NCBI GenBank assembly: GCA_963726255.1
Contig: CAVSBL010000002.1
Coordinates: 1,536,001 to 1,600,000, forward strand
DNA from: Candidatus Bathyarchaeota archaeon
Lineage (GTDB): Archaea; Thermoproteota; Bathyarchaeia; 40CM-2-53-6
Reading direction: 5' to 3'
DNA: 64,000 nucleotides
The position numbers and the translations under genes are program-made. Shown in pieces: positions 56,511-64,000 of the stretch. Position 1 is the stretch's first letter; each line of letters begins with the position of its first letter. Below the pieces are notes generated by a model. It made no database searches. It was not told the origin of the DNA and was given only the letters and a program-made list of their open reading frames with translations.

Positions 56511-56684
56511 CTAGGCCGTTTCTTCGTAAGGAACAATCTTGACTTTCTCAGTTGCGAAATCCAGTTTCTTCTTGCATTGGGGGCAAATACCATTATGCCT
56601 TTGAATGATCTCTGTTGGTGTTTCAAGTTCAAGCCCATGATAGAGAATTGAGCCACAGGCTTCGCAAATAATCTTCTGAGGCAT
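56511..56684 (-). CDS. Small zinc-finger protein
   Basis: MPQKIICEACG...CPQCKKKL. Confidence 0.75.
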   Translation of the reverse strand: MPQKIICEACGSILYHGLELETPTEIIQRHNGICPQCKKKLDFATEKVKIVPYEETA

Positions 56685-56876
56685 AGTCGAACACACTACT
56701 CATGGGCACAAGCAAGGCAACATATTTTAGCCTCGTGGTCATTTCACATGCGTGTGTCGTAGAATATGTTGGAAAACCTTCGAATCAAACTACGCAGACT
56801 GCCATGGCGGCTGCAACGAACCTTCACAAATCTCAGTTATTCACTAAGAATCTTCAGGTCGCCTACTGCACGAAGG

Positions 56877-57224
56877 ATGAAGCCTTCGACAACAGTTATG
56901 GCCATAGCAGTTCTTGTGTTCGTCGGCTTCATTTTGGCTGGAGGCATCTACGACATAATGGAACGCCCAATCTCGCTGCTCCCATCTCCTACGGGATACT
57001 CAGTGGTAATCAAAGGAACCTTGGGGCAGCAGACCTTGAACGAGAGCTTGATCGCAGCGTTCCTCTACATGCTTGGCCTCGGAGGGCTGTACATGCTGCT
57101 GCGGAGTACGCGATTTGCCTACAGGCCACGCAATGCCTACCTTCTGCTCATTCTAGGCACTCTTACTGTACTCTTGGTAGTGTTCTATTCGACCGCACTG
57201 ATTAATACCAAAATCGGCGGCTGA
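56877..57224 (+). CDS. OSTC/DC2 (OST3/OST6 C-terminal)-like three-TM protein
   Basis: FILAGGIYDIMERP...QTLNESLIAAFLYMLGLGGLYMLLRS...YLLLILG. Confidence 0.72.
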   Translation: MKPSTTVMAIAVLVFVGFILAGGIYDIMERPISLLPSPTGYSVVIKGTLGQQTLNESLIAAFLYMLGLGGLYMLLRSTRFAYRPRNAYLLLILGTLTVLLVVFYSTALINTKIGG

Positions 57225-57234
57225 CCGCATTAGG

Positions 57235-57747
57235 TCACCAGTAGGCCGATTTGAGGCGCAGGCGGTAAGCGACAACATTCGTGAGAAAGTGAACGGGCGG
57301 AGTTACAAAGAGCAGTATTGCAATAGCACCCCAACTGATTCTGTAGAACGGAGAAACGAGCAATAGTGCTCCAACAACAAAGTCCAGTTGGTCTACCCCA
57401 GGCAATGCGCCACCTGGCTTAATTCCAAGCCTCCTCTTCAGAAACGCCCCAGCCAAGTCACCGAAAAGCGCACCTGCTGACGCCAAGAATGCGATTGTAA
57501 ACAGATTCTTTGAAAACAAGATGTACCCAAAGACACCTACTATGGCACCTATGATTAGGCCACTCAGGAATCCGCGGACAGTCTTGTTGTCCCCGAGAAT
57601 CCTCTTCCCATCAGGAAGGGATTTGCCGAAATCGATTGGTAGGCCTCCGCCGAAAATCACTGGCGCGCCGTTCGTGCAGTAGGTTGGCACAATTATAGAG
57701 AGTCCGGAAATCCAATCCTGCGTCGAAGGCCACAAGCTGTCCACCAT
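57235..57747 (-). CDS. carS: CDP-archaeol synthase
   Basis: NGAPVIFGGG.PIDFG, GDNKTVRG, GDLAGAFLKRR, DQLDF. Confidence 0.94.
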   Translation of the reverse strand: MVDSLWPSTQDWISGLSIIVPTYCTNGAPVIFGGGLPIDFGKSLPDGKRILGDNKTVRGFLSGLIIGAIVGVFGYILFSKNLFTIAFLASAGALFGDLAGAFLKRRLGIKPGGALPGVDQLDFVVGALLLVSPFYRISWGAIAILLFVTPPVHFLTNVVAYRLRLKSAYW

Positions 57748-57781
57748 CAGAAGACGCTAACATTCGATTTGAAAATAAGAG

Positions 57782-58501
57782 TTAGTCCGGAACATCCGAC
57801 AGCCCACTCTGGCTGAGTGCGACCAGGCAGCTAGCCTTCGCAACATCTGAGCCTCCGATTCTCTCTAGAACAAACTCCCTGATACCAGGTTTGGGAGTGC
57901 TTCTAAGCCTGAGAATCGTCTGCGGAAAATGGAACAATGCCCTTCGCGCCACGGGCTCTATTTCTCCTCCAGGCGTTGTGAGGCGAGCGTGAACTTGACT
58001 TGTCAGTATGCAGGCAATCTTACGCGATGAAGATAGTTCACCCAGGTATGCAACCTGTCTTCCAAGGTCCCTGTTCAGACTGAAAATGCTCTCCGAGCTG
58101 GGGAATGCCGAGCGATAGAGCGAACTCATGGAATCAACAACCACCAACCCAAGAGATGGTGTGACATAATTCTCGAGCGATTCAACAACCGTTCTCTGCT
58201 CTGAAAATGTTTCGGGCAAGAATATCAGGATCAATTGGCTGATTTCTTGAGACTCCGCTGCGGCAATCTGATGAAACCGCTGTTGTGTGAAAGAGTGGTC
58301 ACAGTCCAAGTATAGTATTTTGAGGCCACGTTTGGCTGCGGCTGCAGCTGCTTGGATGACAGTAGTTGTCTTGCCCGTTGCGGCTTCACCATAAATCAAC
58401 GCAACCTCTCCTTTTGCGAAGCCCCCCTCAAGCAGCTTATCCAAGCCTTTGCAACCAGTTGGAATTCTTTCTTGAACTGTTGGCGATGAAAGCACCTTCA
58501 T
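57782..58501 (-). CDS. radB: DNA repair protein RadB
   Basis: TGC..LDKLLEGG, YGEAATGKTT, VVVDS, TSQV; no RadA N-terminal domain. Confidence 0.85.
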   Translation of the reverse strand: MKVLSSPTVQERIPTGCKGLDKLLEGGFAKGEVALIYGEAATGKTTTVIQAAAAAAKRGLKILYLDCDHSFTQQRFHQIAAAESQEISQLILIFLPETFSEQRTVVESLENYVTPSLGLVVVDSMSSLYRSAFPSSESIFSLNRDLGRQVAYLGELSSSRKIACILTSQVHARLTTPGGEIEPVARRALFHFPQTILRLRSTPKPGIREFVLERIGGSDVAKASCLVALSQSGLSDVPD

Positions 58502-58614
58502 AAAGTGAGAGAGGCCGCCTATTTGCTGTCCACTTCCGTGAAATCGGTGTCCCCGATGTACACGAGTGCTGTGGCGATTAGCCTAATGTTGACTCGAGAT
58601 TAATCCCTTTGTTA

Positions 58615-58636
58615 TTGAGCGTCGATACACGCTCAA
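58615..58636 (-). terminator. Hairpin immediately downstream of the 58637-59035 gene
   Basis: TTGAGCGT-CGATAC-ACGCTCAA perfect 8-bp stem. Confidence 0.35.
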
Positions 58637-59035
58637 CTAATTACCGGAACTGGTCAGCAATTCCTTTACGATTGCGCGAGGCCTAGCCGCGTCAAGCAGG
58701 CGTGTGAACTGTTTGATCCAGAGCGGGTATAGGCGGAGTTTACCGTAGAAGAATTCTTCGAAGACCAAGTTATCTAGCAGGCTTATGGCTCTACGAACTC
58801 TTGAGTAACCGTAGACCGTTGAGAGCCGGTCGACGTTATCGAGGGAGGGTAGGCTCATGAATTCTGAAGCGATGGTCTCGTATACTTCCTTGTGCTCTTG
58901 CCCCTCTTGTAGCCTCCGTGCCTGCAGTTTTCGTAAAGCCGGCCGTCTAAACACTCGAGACTGTTGCAGCCGCTCTTCGAGCGTAGAGTTGTTCGGTGAA
59001 TTCATCCGAGAATCATTCCCAATATTCGTGCGCAA
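58637..59035 (-). CDS. Hypothetical protein
   Basis: 132-aa ORF co-oriented with gcvH and radB; no recognisable motif. Confidence 0.5.
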   Translation of the reverse strand: MRTNIGNDSRMNSPNNSTLEERLQQSRVFRRPALRKLQARRLQEGQEHKEVYETIASEFMSLPSLDNVDRLSTVYGYSRVRRAISLLDNLVFEEFFYGKLRLYPLWIKQFTRLLDAARPRAIVKELLTSSGN

Positions 59036-59094
59036 TGCATTTTTAAATTAATGCATGAACGATGGAAGAACGGTCCTCCCTTCCTGTGGAGTCT

Positions 59095-59511
59095 TTATCT
59101 CTTCTTGGTAACTTCCTCGAGAAATTTCATGTAGCCTTCTGCATTCAGCAGGGCTTTCAGGTCGTCTGGCAGGCGCGAAGACTTAACTATAACGATCCAA
59201 CCGGCGCCGTACGGCTCTTGGTTCACTAGTTCTGGTGATTCCACCAATTTTTCATTGCGCTCGACAACTTCGCCGGAAACTGGCGAATACAGTTCGGAGA
59301 CAGCTTTTACCGATTCGACCGTTCCGAATGTGACGCCCTGAGTCAAGGTTTTCCCCACATTCGGCAGATCAACGTACACAGCCTCGTGAAGCGATTTCTG
59401 CGCATAGTCCGTTATTCCGATACGGCATTTATCATTCTCAAGTTTCATCCATTCATGCTCTCGAGTGTAGTACAATCCTTCACGTATTTCGGAATCGGCA
59501 ACTTTCAACAC
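59095..59511 (-). CDS. gcvH: Glycine cleavage system H protein
   Basis: YTREHEW, GITDYAQ, lipoyl-Lys VESVKAVS, PELVNQEPYGAGW. Confidence 0.96.
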   Translation of the reverse strand: MLKVADSEIREGLYYTREHEWMKLENDKCRIGITDYAQKSLHEAVYVDLPNVGKTLTQGVTFGTVESVKAVSELYSPVSGEVVERNEKLVESPELVNQEPYGAGWIVIVKSSRLPDDLKALLNAEGYMKFLEEVTKKR

Positions 59512-59606
59512 CGAACCCTCCCGGCGCACATGGGATGAAGCGATAGCGTATTTAGCAATATGCTCTGAATTCATGTCTGCAGAATTGAAGGCGAACGAAC
59601 CGACCT

Positions 59607-60725
59607 TTGCAGGATGATACTTGTTTCATGCGACACATGCTCGCAGCCAATAACACGTTACTTGTCCGAGGACCGGCTTCCCTCCGCCTTTTGAGTGGGG
59701 ATGCTGAAGTTCTAGGCGCGTCGTTAGACCGAAATCGCAAATTGGCAGTTAGGAAAGACAAACAGCTTCCCGTAGAAGCGAGAACCCAAGCCGACTTGGA
59801 AATTTTACTTGGCAAGTCCGGAGAGATTTTCGAGATCGGTGGCAGTACCATACCTGCTTCATGGAAGATAGCTGCCGAGGCTTTGGCGGAAATGGAGCAA
59901 GGAAAGGTTATGGTGATTGGTATGACAGATGTTGGCAAGAGCACGCTTTGCGCATACCTGATCAACCGGTTGTTACAGCAAGGGTTGAGCCCTGTTGTCG
60001 TCGATGGAGACATCGGGCAATCAGATATTGGACCTCCAACCACTGTGGGAACTTCAGCACCCACAACTTCTGTCTCTTCGCTCGTTGACCTCAGGCCAGA
60101 GGCGATAATCTTCATCGGCCACACAAGCCCAAGCCATGTCGAAACCAAAATCATCGACGGACTGAAACGGCTTTCTGACCGCATGGAAGATTCACTCACA
60201 ATCATCAACACCGACGGTTGGATCCTTGATCCCGAGGCAATCTCATACAAGGCCAGAATGATCACCGAAACTAAACCGGATCTCGTAATCGGGCTGGCTA
60301 ACGGGACAGAGCTTCAACCCATATTATCTGGGTCAAGGGCCAAATCGTTGAGCATCGATACCGCCAAGGAAGTGTTGGCACGTTCTCGAATCGACAGACG
60401 CGAGATTCGTACAGCGAGCTACCGAAGGTTCCTAGAAGGAGCAAGAACAAGAGCGGTGTCTTTGCAAGGGGTTAGCATTTCAACACCCAAGGGTTTTCCT
60501 CAAGTTGAGGGACCCAAGGCCCGGGAACTGAGTAACCTCGTCGTCGGCCTCCTAAACAGTGATGGTTACATGCTCCAGATTGGCATTCTAATAGGCCTTG
60601 GAAAGGGTACAGCCAGAGTCTACTGCAGACCTGTCGAAGCTGTTCGCAAAATAGAAGTGGGCTACGTCAAACTTTCGACAACCGGAACCGAACTCGGATA
60701 TTTCGAACCAAGACAACCCTACTGA
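59607..60725 (+). CDS. Clp1/Grc3-family polynucleotide 5'-kinase
   Basis: GMTDVGKST, DGDIGQSDIGPP, INTDGW, RREIR. Confidence 0.9.
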   Translation: MQDDTCFMRHMLAANNTLLVRGPASLRLLSGDAEVLGASLDRNRKLAVRKDKQLPVEARTQADLEILLGKSGEIFEIGGSTIPASWKIAAEALAEMEQGKVMVIGMTDVGKSTLCAYLINRLLQQGLSPVVVDGDIGQSDIGPPTTVGTSAPTTSVSSLVDLRPEAIIFIGHTSPSHVETKIIDGLKRLSDRMEDSLTIINTDGWILDPEAISYKARMITETKPDLVIGLANGTELQPILSGSRAKSLSIDTAKEVLARSRIDRREIRTASYRRFLEGARTRAVSLQGVSISTPKGFPQVEGPKARELSNLVVGLLNSDGYMLQIGILIGLGKGTARVYCRPVEAVRKIEVGYVKLSTTGTELGYFEPRQPY

Positions 60726-60789
60726 AATGATTATCCTTTAATGAACCAAGTACCAACACTCAGCGAAATTCTGTTCGAGTGCATGTGCA

Positions 60790-62193
60790 TTGAGCACCCT
60801 TGAAGAATATAGGAAGCAAATTCGAGAAACAGACAAGCAACTTCTCTCCTTAGTCAGGGAACGATTGGTTCTCGGCAACAAGGTCGCTTTGATTAAGGAA
60901 AGCAAAGGCCTACCCACGATAGACCCAGATGCAGAACAGGCTACCATGGACAGCCTGATGCATTTGGCTAAAGACCTTGAAATCGACTCTACGTTCGCTA
61001 AAAGGTTAGGAGAGCTACTCATCGAGGAAACCATCAGCGTACAAGATCGCGCACGGCCCACCCAGTCGAAAGACCAGCTCATGAAGGAAATCTTTGAACT
61101 GACTCAGAAACTGATGGCCCAAGGCGAAAGGGTAACGCGTTTCGAGGTGGGAGAACCAAACTTCCCGGCACCCCAGCAAGCTGTTCGGGCCCTAAGCGAA
61201 ACTTTCCGGAAGAGTAAGGTGATTGGCTACGGCCCAGCCGCCGGCTTGCCCGAATTGAGGAAGGCCCTAGCAGAGGAATTGAGTGCCCAGCACAACGCCA
61301 GCGTTGATCCTGACCAAGTACTAATTACGCCAGGTGGGAGATTCGCAATTTTCGCCACCATAACCAGTTATGTCTCCCCGTTCGAACGCGTCATCATACC
61401 CCAACCCGCCTGGCCAGCATACGAGGAATGCGTACACTTCGCCAGAGGCCGAGTTATCCCACTGAATACGACTCTTGAGAACGGATGGGACATAGACCTC
61501 GGGCAACTTGAGTCCGAACTACGCAAAGGGGCTCGAATGCTAGTAGTCAACAGTCCCAACAACCCGACGGGCAAAGCGATGGGCAAGAAGAAGTTTGACG
61601 AAATAGTTGAAATGGCCCGCAAGTACGACGTAATGATTCTGTCTGACGAAGTATACGACAGGTACGTCCGGTCTCCAACGCCGAGCATACTTGAAACCGA
61701 CTATAGCAACGCAGTCTACATCAACAGCTTCTCCAAGCAGTTTAGTCTAACAGGATGGCGAATCGCCTACCTAGTAACGACGAAAGATAAAGCACTGCAG
61801 ATTCGACGCGTCATCCAGACCGCAGTAACCTGTGTGCCAGAATTTACGCAACGAGCAGTTCTCGTTGCGATTAAGAAGGGACGTCGTGAAGCTCAACGTA
61901 GCATTAGCGCGATAATGAAGAAAGTGGACCTGACATGCCGCGAACTCAACAAGATTGATGTATCTTACTACAAGCCCGATGGGGCCTTCTATGTTTTCCC
62001 CAAAGCGAATAAGCCGAATTTTGATTCAGTGCAATTCGCTAAGCAACTCCTAGAGCAACACCGGGTAAGCATTAGCCCAGGCAAATCCTTTGGAGAATAT
62101 CCCGCGTTCTTCAGACTGGCCGTTTCCCTGCCGGAATCACAAATTCCAGGCGCAATAAAAGCGATCGGAAGTGCAATAGAAGCATGGTCGTAG
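60790..62193 (+). CDS. Fused AroQ chorismate mutase / class I-II PLP aminotransferase
   Basis: LEEYRKQIRETDKQLLSLVRER...IKES; then GEPNF, YGPAAGLPELR, NSPNNPTG, DEVY, SFSK..LTGWRI. Confidence 0.9.
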   Translation: MSTLEEYRKQIRETDKQLLSLVRERLVLGNKVALIKESKGLPTIDPDAEQATMDSLMHLAKDLEIDSTFAKRLGELLIEETISVQDRARPTQSKDQLMKEIFELTQKLMAQGERVTRFEVGEPNFPAPQQAVRALSETFRKSKVIGYGPAAGLPELRKALAEELSAQHNASVDPDQVLITPGGRFAIFATITSYVSPFERVIIPQPAWPAYEECVHFARGRVIPLNTTLENGWDIDLGQLESELRKGARMLVVNSPNNPTGKAMGKKKFDEIVEMARKYDVMILSDEVYDRYVRSPTPSILETDYSNAVYINSFSKQFSLTGWRIAYLVTTKDKALQIRRVIQTAVTCVPEFTQRAVLVAIKKGRREAQRSISAIMKKVDLTCRELNKIDVSYYKPDGAFYVFPKANKPNFDSVQFAKQLLEQHRVSISPGKSFGEYPAFFRLAVSLPESQIPGAIKAIGSAIEAWS

Positions 62194-63071
62194 CAACCAT
62201 CATCGGCGGAGCAGGCCGAATGGGCAGTTGGTTCGCTAGTTTTCTAAAGAAAAACGGTTACCGAATAATTATCTCCGACAACAACACACAATTAGCAAGA
62301 AAACTCGCCAGAAAGAAACAATTCAAGTTCCTCGAGGACCCCAAGCTGGCTGTTCAAGAAGCACAGTTAGTAATCCTGGCGACCCCAACTGAGGTTACTA
62401 AGAGCATTTTGAAGAGAATTGAGCCACATCTCTCTCGCAGTTGCCTTCTCGTGGAAATTTCGTCGATTAAGGAACCAGTCAGACCGACACTTCAAGGGAT
62501 GAAAAGGCGTGGCATTGCTGTACTCAGCATTCACCCGATGTTTGGCCCTGGAATCAAGAGCCTCGCTGGAAAGACAATCATAACAACTCTGCTACCACGC
62601 CATACAGATACTAGGAAATTTCTTTCTCTATTCCGAAGGGAGGGCGCGAGGATCATTCCAAGCGACTTTGACCAGCACGACAAGTACACTTCAATCACGT
62701 TGGCCCTGCCACATTTTATGAACATAGAATTGGTCAACGCCCTGAGAACTTGTCGGTTCAGACCGAACCAGTTGAAGGCCGTAGCCGGTACAACGTTTAG
62801 ACTTCAGTTACTTATAGCAGAAGCGCTGTATCAAGAAAACTTTGGTAACGAAGCTTCAATCTTAATGGATAATAAGAAAGCATTGCAGATGCTGAAGGCT
62901 TTTGTGAAACATAACAATAGGACACTTTCGACGCTTGGCAGAGGGAGGAAGGGAAAGCAAAGCTTGCTTCAGGACCTGAAGAAAGGTCGGGATTACCTGG
63001 TTAAGGATCCGATGTTTCACGGTGCGTACGGCTGGTTCAATGCGGCTGTTGAAGCTTCGAGCCTTCACTGA
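62184..63071 (+). CDS. tyrA: Prephenate/arogenate dehydrogenase (TyrA family)
   Basis: IIGGAGRMG, EISSIK, HPMFGP, HD......LPH. Confidence 0.92.
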   Translation: MVVATIIGGAGRMGSWFASFLKKNGYRIIISDNNTQLARKLARKKQFKFLEDPKLAVQEAQLVILATPTEVTKSILKRIEPHLSRSCLLVEISSIKEPVRPTLQGMKRRGIAVLSIHPMFGPGIKSLAGKTIITTLLPRHTDTRKFLSLFRREGARIIPSDFDQHDKYTSITLALPHFMNIELVNALRTCRFRPNQLKAVAGTTFRLQLLIAEALYQENFGNEASILMDNKKALQMLKAFVKHNNRTLSTLGRGRKGKQSLLQDLKKGRDYLVKDPMFHGAYGWFNAAVEASSLH

Positions 63072-64000
63072 TTTTATCAACGGGTTTCTTGCCTAGAACA
63101 CGGGGAATCTTACCGGCCCGCAGACAATGGTCGATTAGAACGATTGCGACCGCCGCCTCGACAACCGGAACCGCTTTCGGCACTATGCACGGATCATGCC
63201 GACCGGTCACCTGCACCGTAGTATCCTGCATTTCCTTCAGGTTTACCGTTTTTTGTTCCTTCGGTATTGACGAGGGAGGCTTGAAGGCAACTCGGACCAC
63301 AATCGGCATGCCGTTTGATAGGCCACCCAGTATTCCGCCAGCATTATTCGTCAGTGTCTCAATTCTGCCTTTCCGTATTGTGTACGAATCGTTATTTTCT
63401 GAGCCCTTGACGGCGGACGCCTGAAATCCTAACCCTACCTCAAAACCTTTGACTGCAGGAATGCTGAAAGCGACTTTAGCGAGGTCTGCGTCAAGGCTGT
63501 CGAAGAACGGTTCGCCTATCCCCGGGGGCACGCCTTCCGCGATACACTCTACCACTCCTCCGAAGCTGTCCCCTTCACTTCGTATTTTCATGATAGCTTC
63601 TTTCATTTCCTCAGCGGTTTCTGGATCGGCGCATCGTACTGAGTTCGAGTAAGCGTTTCGCTTTATGGTTTCACTTGGCAATTGGCGCTCTACCTTGATT
63701 GTATGAATCTGGATCGTGTGCGCAAAGACTTCGACACCAAGCGTGCGCAGTAATTTCTTCGCGATCGCCCCTGCCATAGTGATTGGGACGGTCATTCTGC
63801 CGCTGGCACGGCCGCCGCCTCGAAGATCGTTGAAATCTCCGAATTTGATTCTGGTTGGATAGTCGGCGTGCCCTGGCCTTGCTACGAACTTCAACTTGTC
63901 ATAATCCTGTGACCTGACATCTTTGTTCCAAGCGAGCAAGGCGACAGGGGCTCCGGTTGTGTAGCCTTCGAAGACCCCTGAGAGAATCTGCACCTCGTCC
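63037..64000 (-). CDS. aroC: Chorismate synthase (5' end outside the window)
   Basis: RPGHAD, RGGGRASGR, GDSFGG, NNAGGILGG.SNG, FKPPSSI, GRHDPC. Confidence 0.97.
   Translation of the reverse strand, partial: DEVQILSGVFEGYTTGAPVALLAWNKDVRSQDYDKLKFVARPGHADYPTRIKFGDFNDLRGGGRASGRMTVPITMAGAIAKKLLRTLGVEVFAHTIQIHTIKVERQLPSETIKRNAYSNSVRCADPETAEEMKEAIMKIRSEGDSFGGVVECIAEGVPPGIGEPFFDSLDADLAKVAFSIPAVKGFEVGLGFQASAVKGSENNDSYTIRKGRIETLTNNAGGILGGLSNGMPIVVRVAFKPPSSIPKEQKTVNLKEMQDTTVQVTGRHDPCIVPKAVPVVEAAVAIVLIDHCLRAGKIPRVLGKKPVDKISEGSKLQQPH

Noticed and set aside
55349-59511. gcvT and gcvH without gcvP as a novel pathway
   Set aside because: The gcvP genes may lie outside the window; scattered gcv genes are common in archaea.
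59552-60265. Long antisense ORFs (also 3658-4098, 32694-33131, 36855-37298, 39292-39729 and others)
   Set aside because: They are shadows of well-supported genes on the opposite strand and carry no motifs.
1-64000. CRISPR array, rRNA, complete tRNA, transposase or integrase
   Set aside because: No regularly spaced repeats, rRNA-like tract, full cloverleaf or recombinase motifs were found by eye. Intron-split tRNAs cannot be fully excluded.

Overview
Archaeal chromosomal segment of the TACK type, most consistent with Bathyarchaeia (inference from gene content and order, and from frequent TTG/GTG starts). The right two-thirds is mostly conserved informational clusters: nadK-nob1; eIF5A-dhs; srp54-rpl21e-rpo4-DUF655-[dinB]-ksgA-trmJ; rpl10e; dph2-METTL5-csl4-rpoL-tfs-pcna-priL-[subtilase, Rieske]-priS-gins-rpl44e-rps27e-eIF2a-nop10. 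These are followed by aglB, gcvT/gcvH, an OSTC/DC2-like gene, carS, radB, clp1 and aromatic amino acid genes. The left ~26 kb is accessory. It holds (i) a six-gene block (aldehyde dehydrogenase, hypothetical, GlcG, metallophosphoesterase, nucleotidyltransferase, APC permease) bracketed by a diverged ~80-nt direct repeat, (ii) an AF0577-type radical SAM/SPASM gene facing tldD/tldE, and (iii) a family of ~73-76-bp intergenic imperfect palindromes sharing a TGTGTGTGCGC left arm, which flank single genes and abut pseudogenes. Other signals are CTG starts on eIF5A and nob1, blocky A/C versus G/T third-codon-position skew, and three apparent one-base deletions all at a GCGG. I found no rRNA, complete tRNA, CRISPR array, integrase or transposase. 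All product calls come from reading motifs by eye; no database searches were run.
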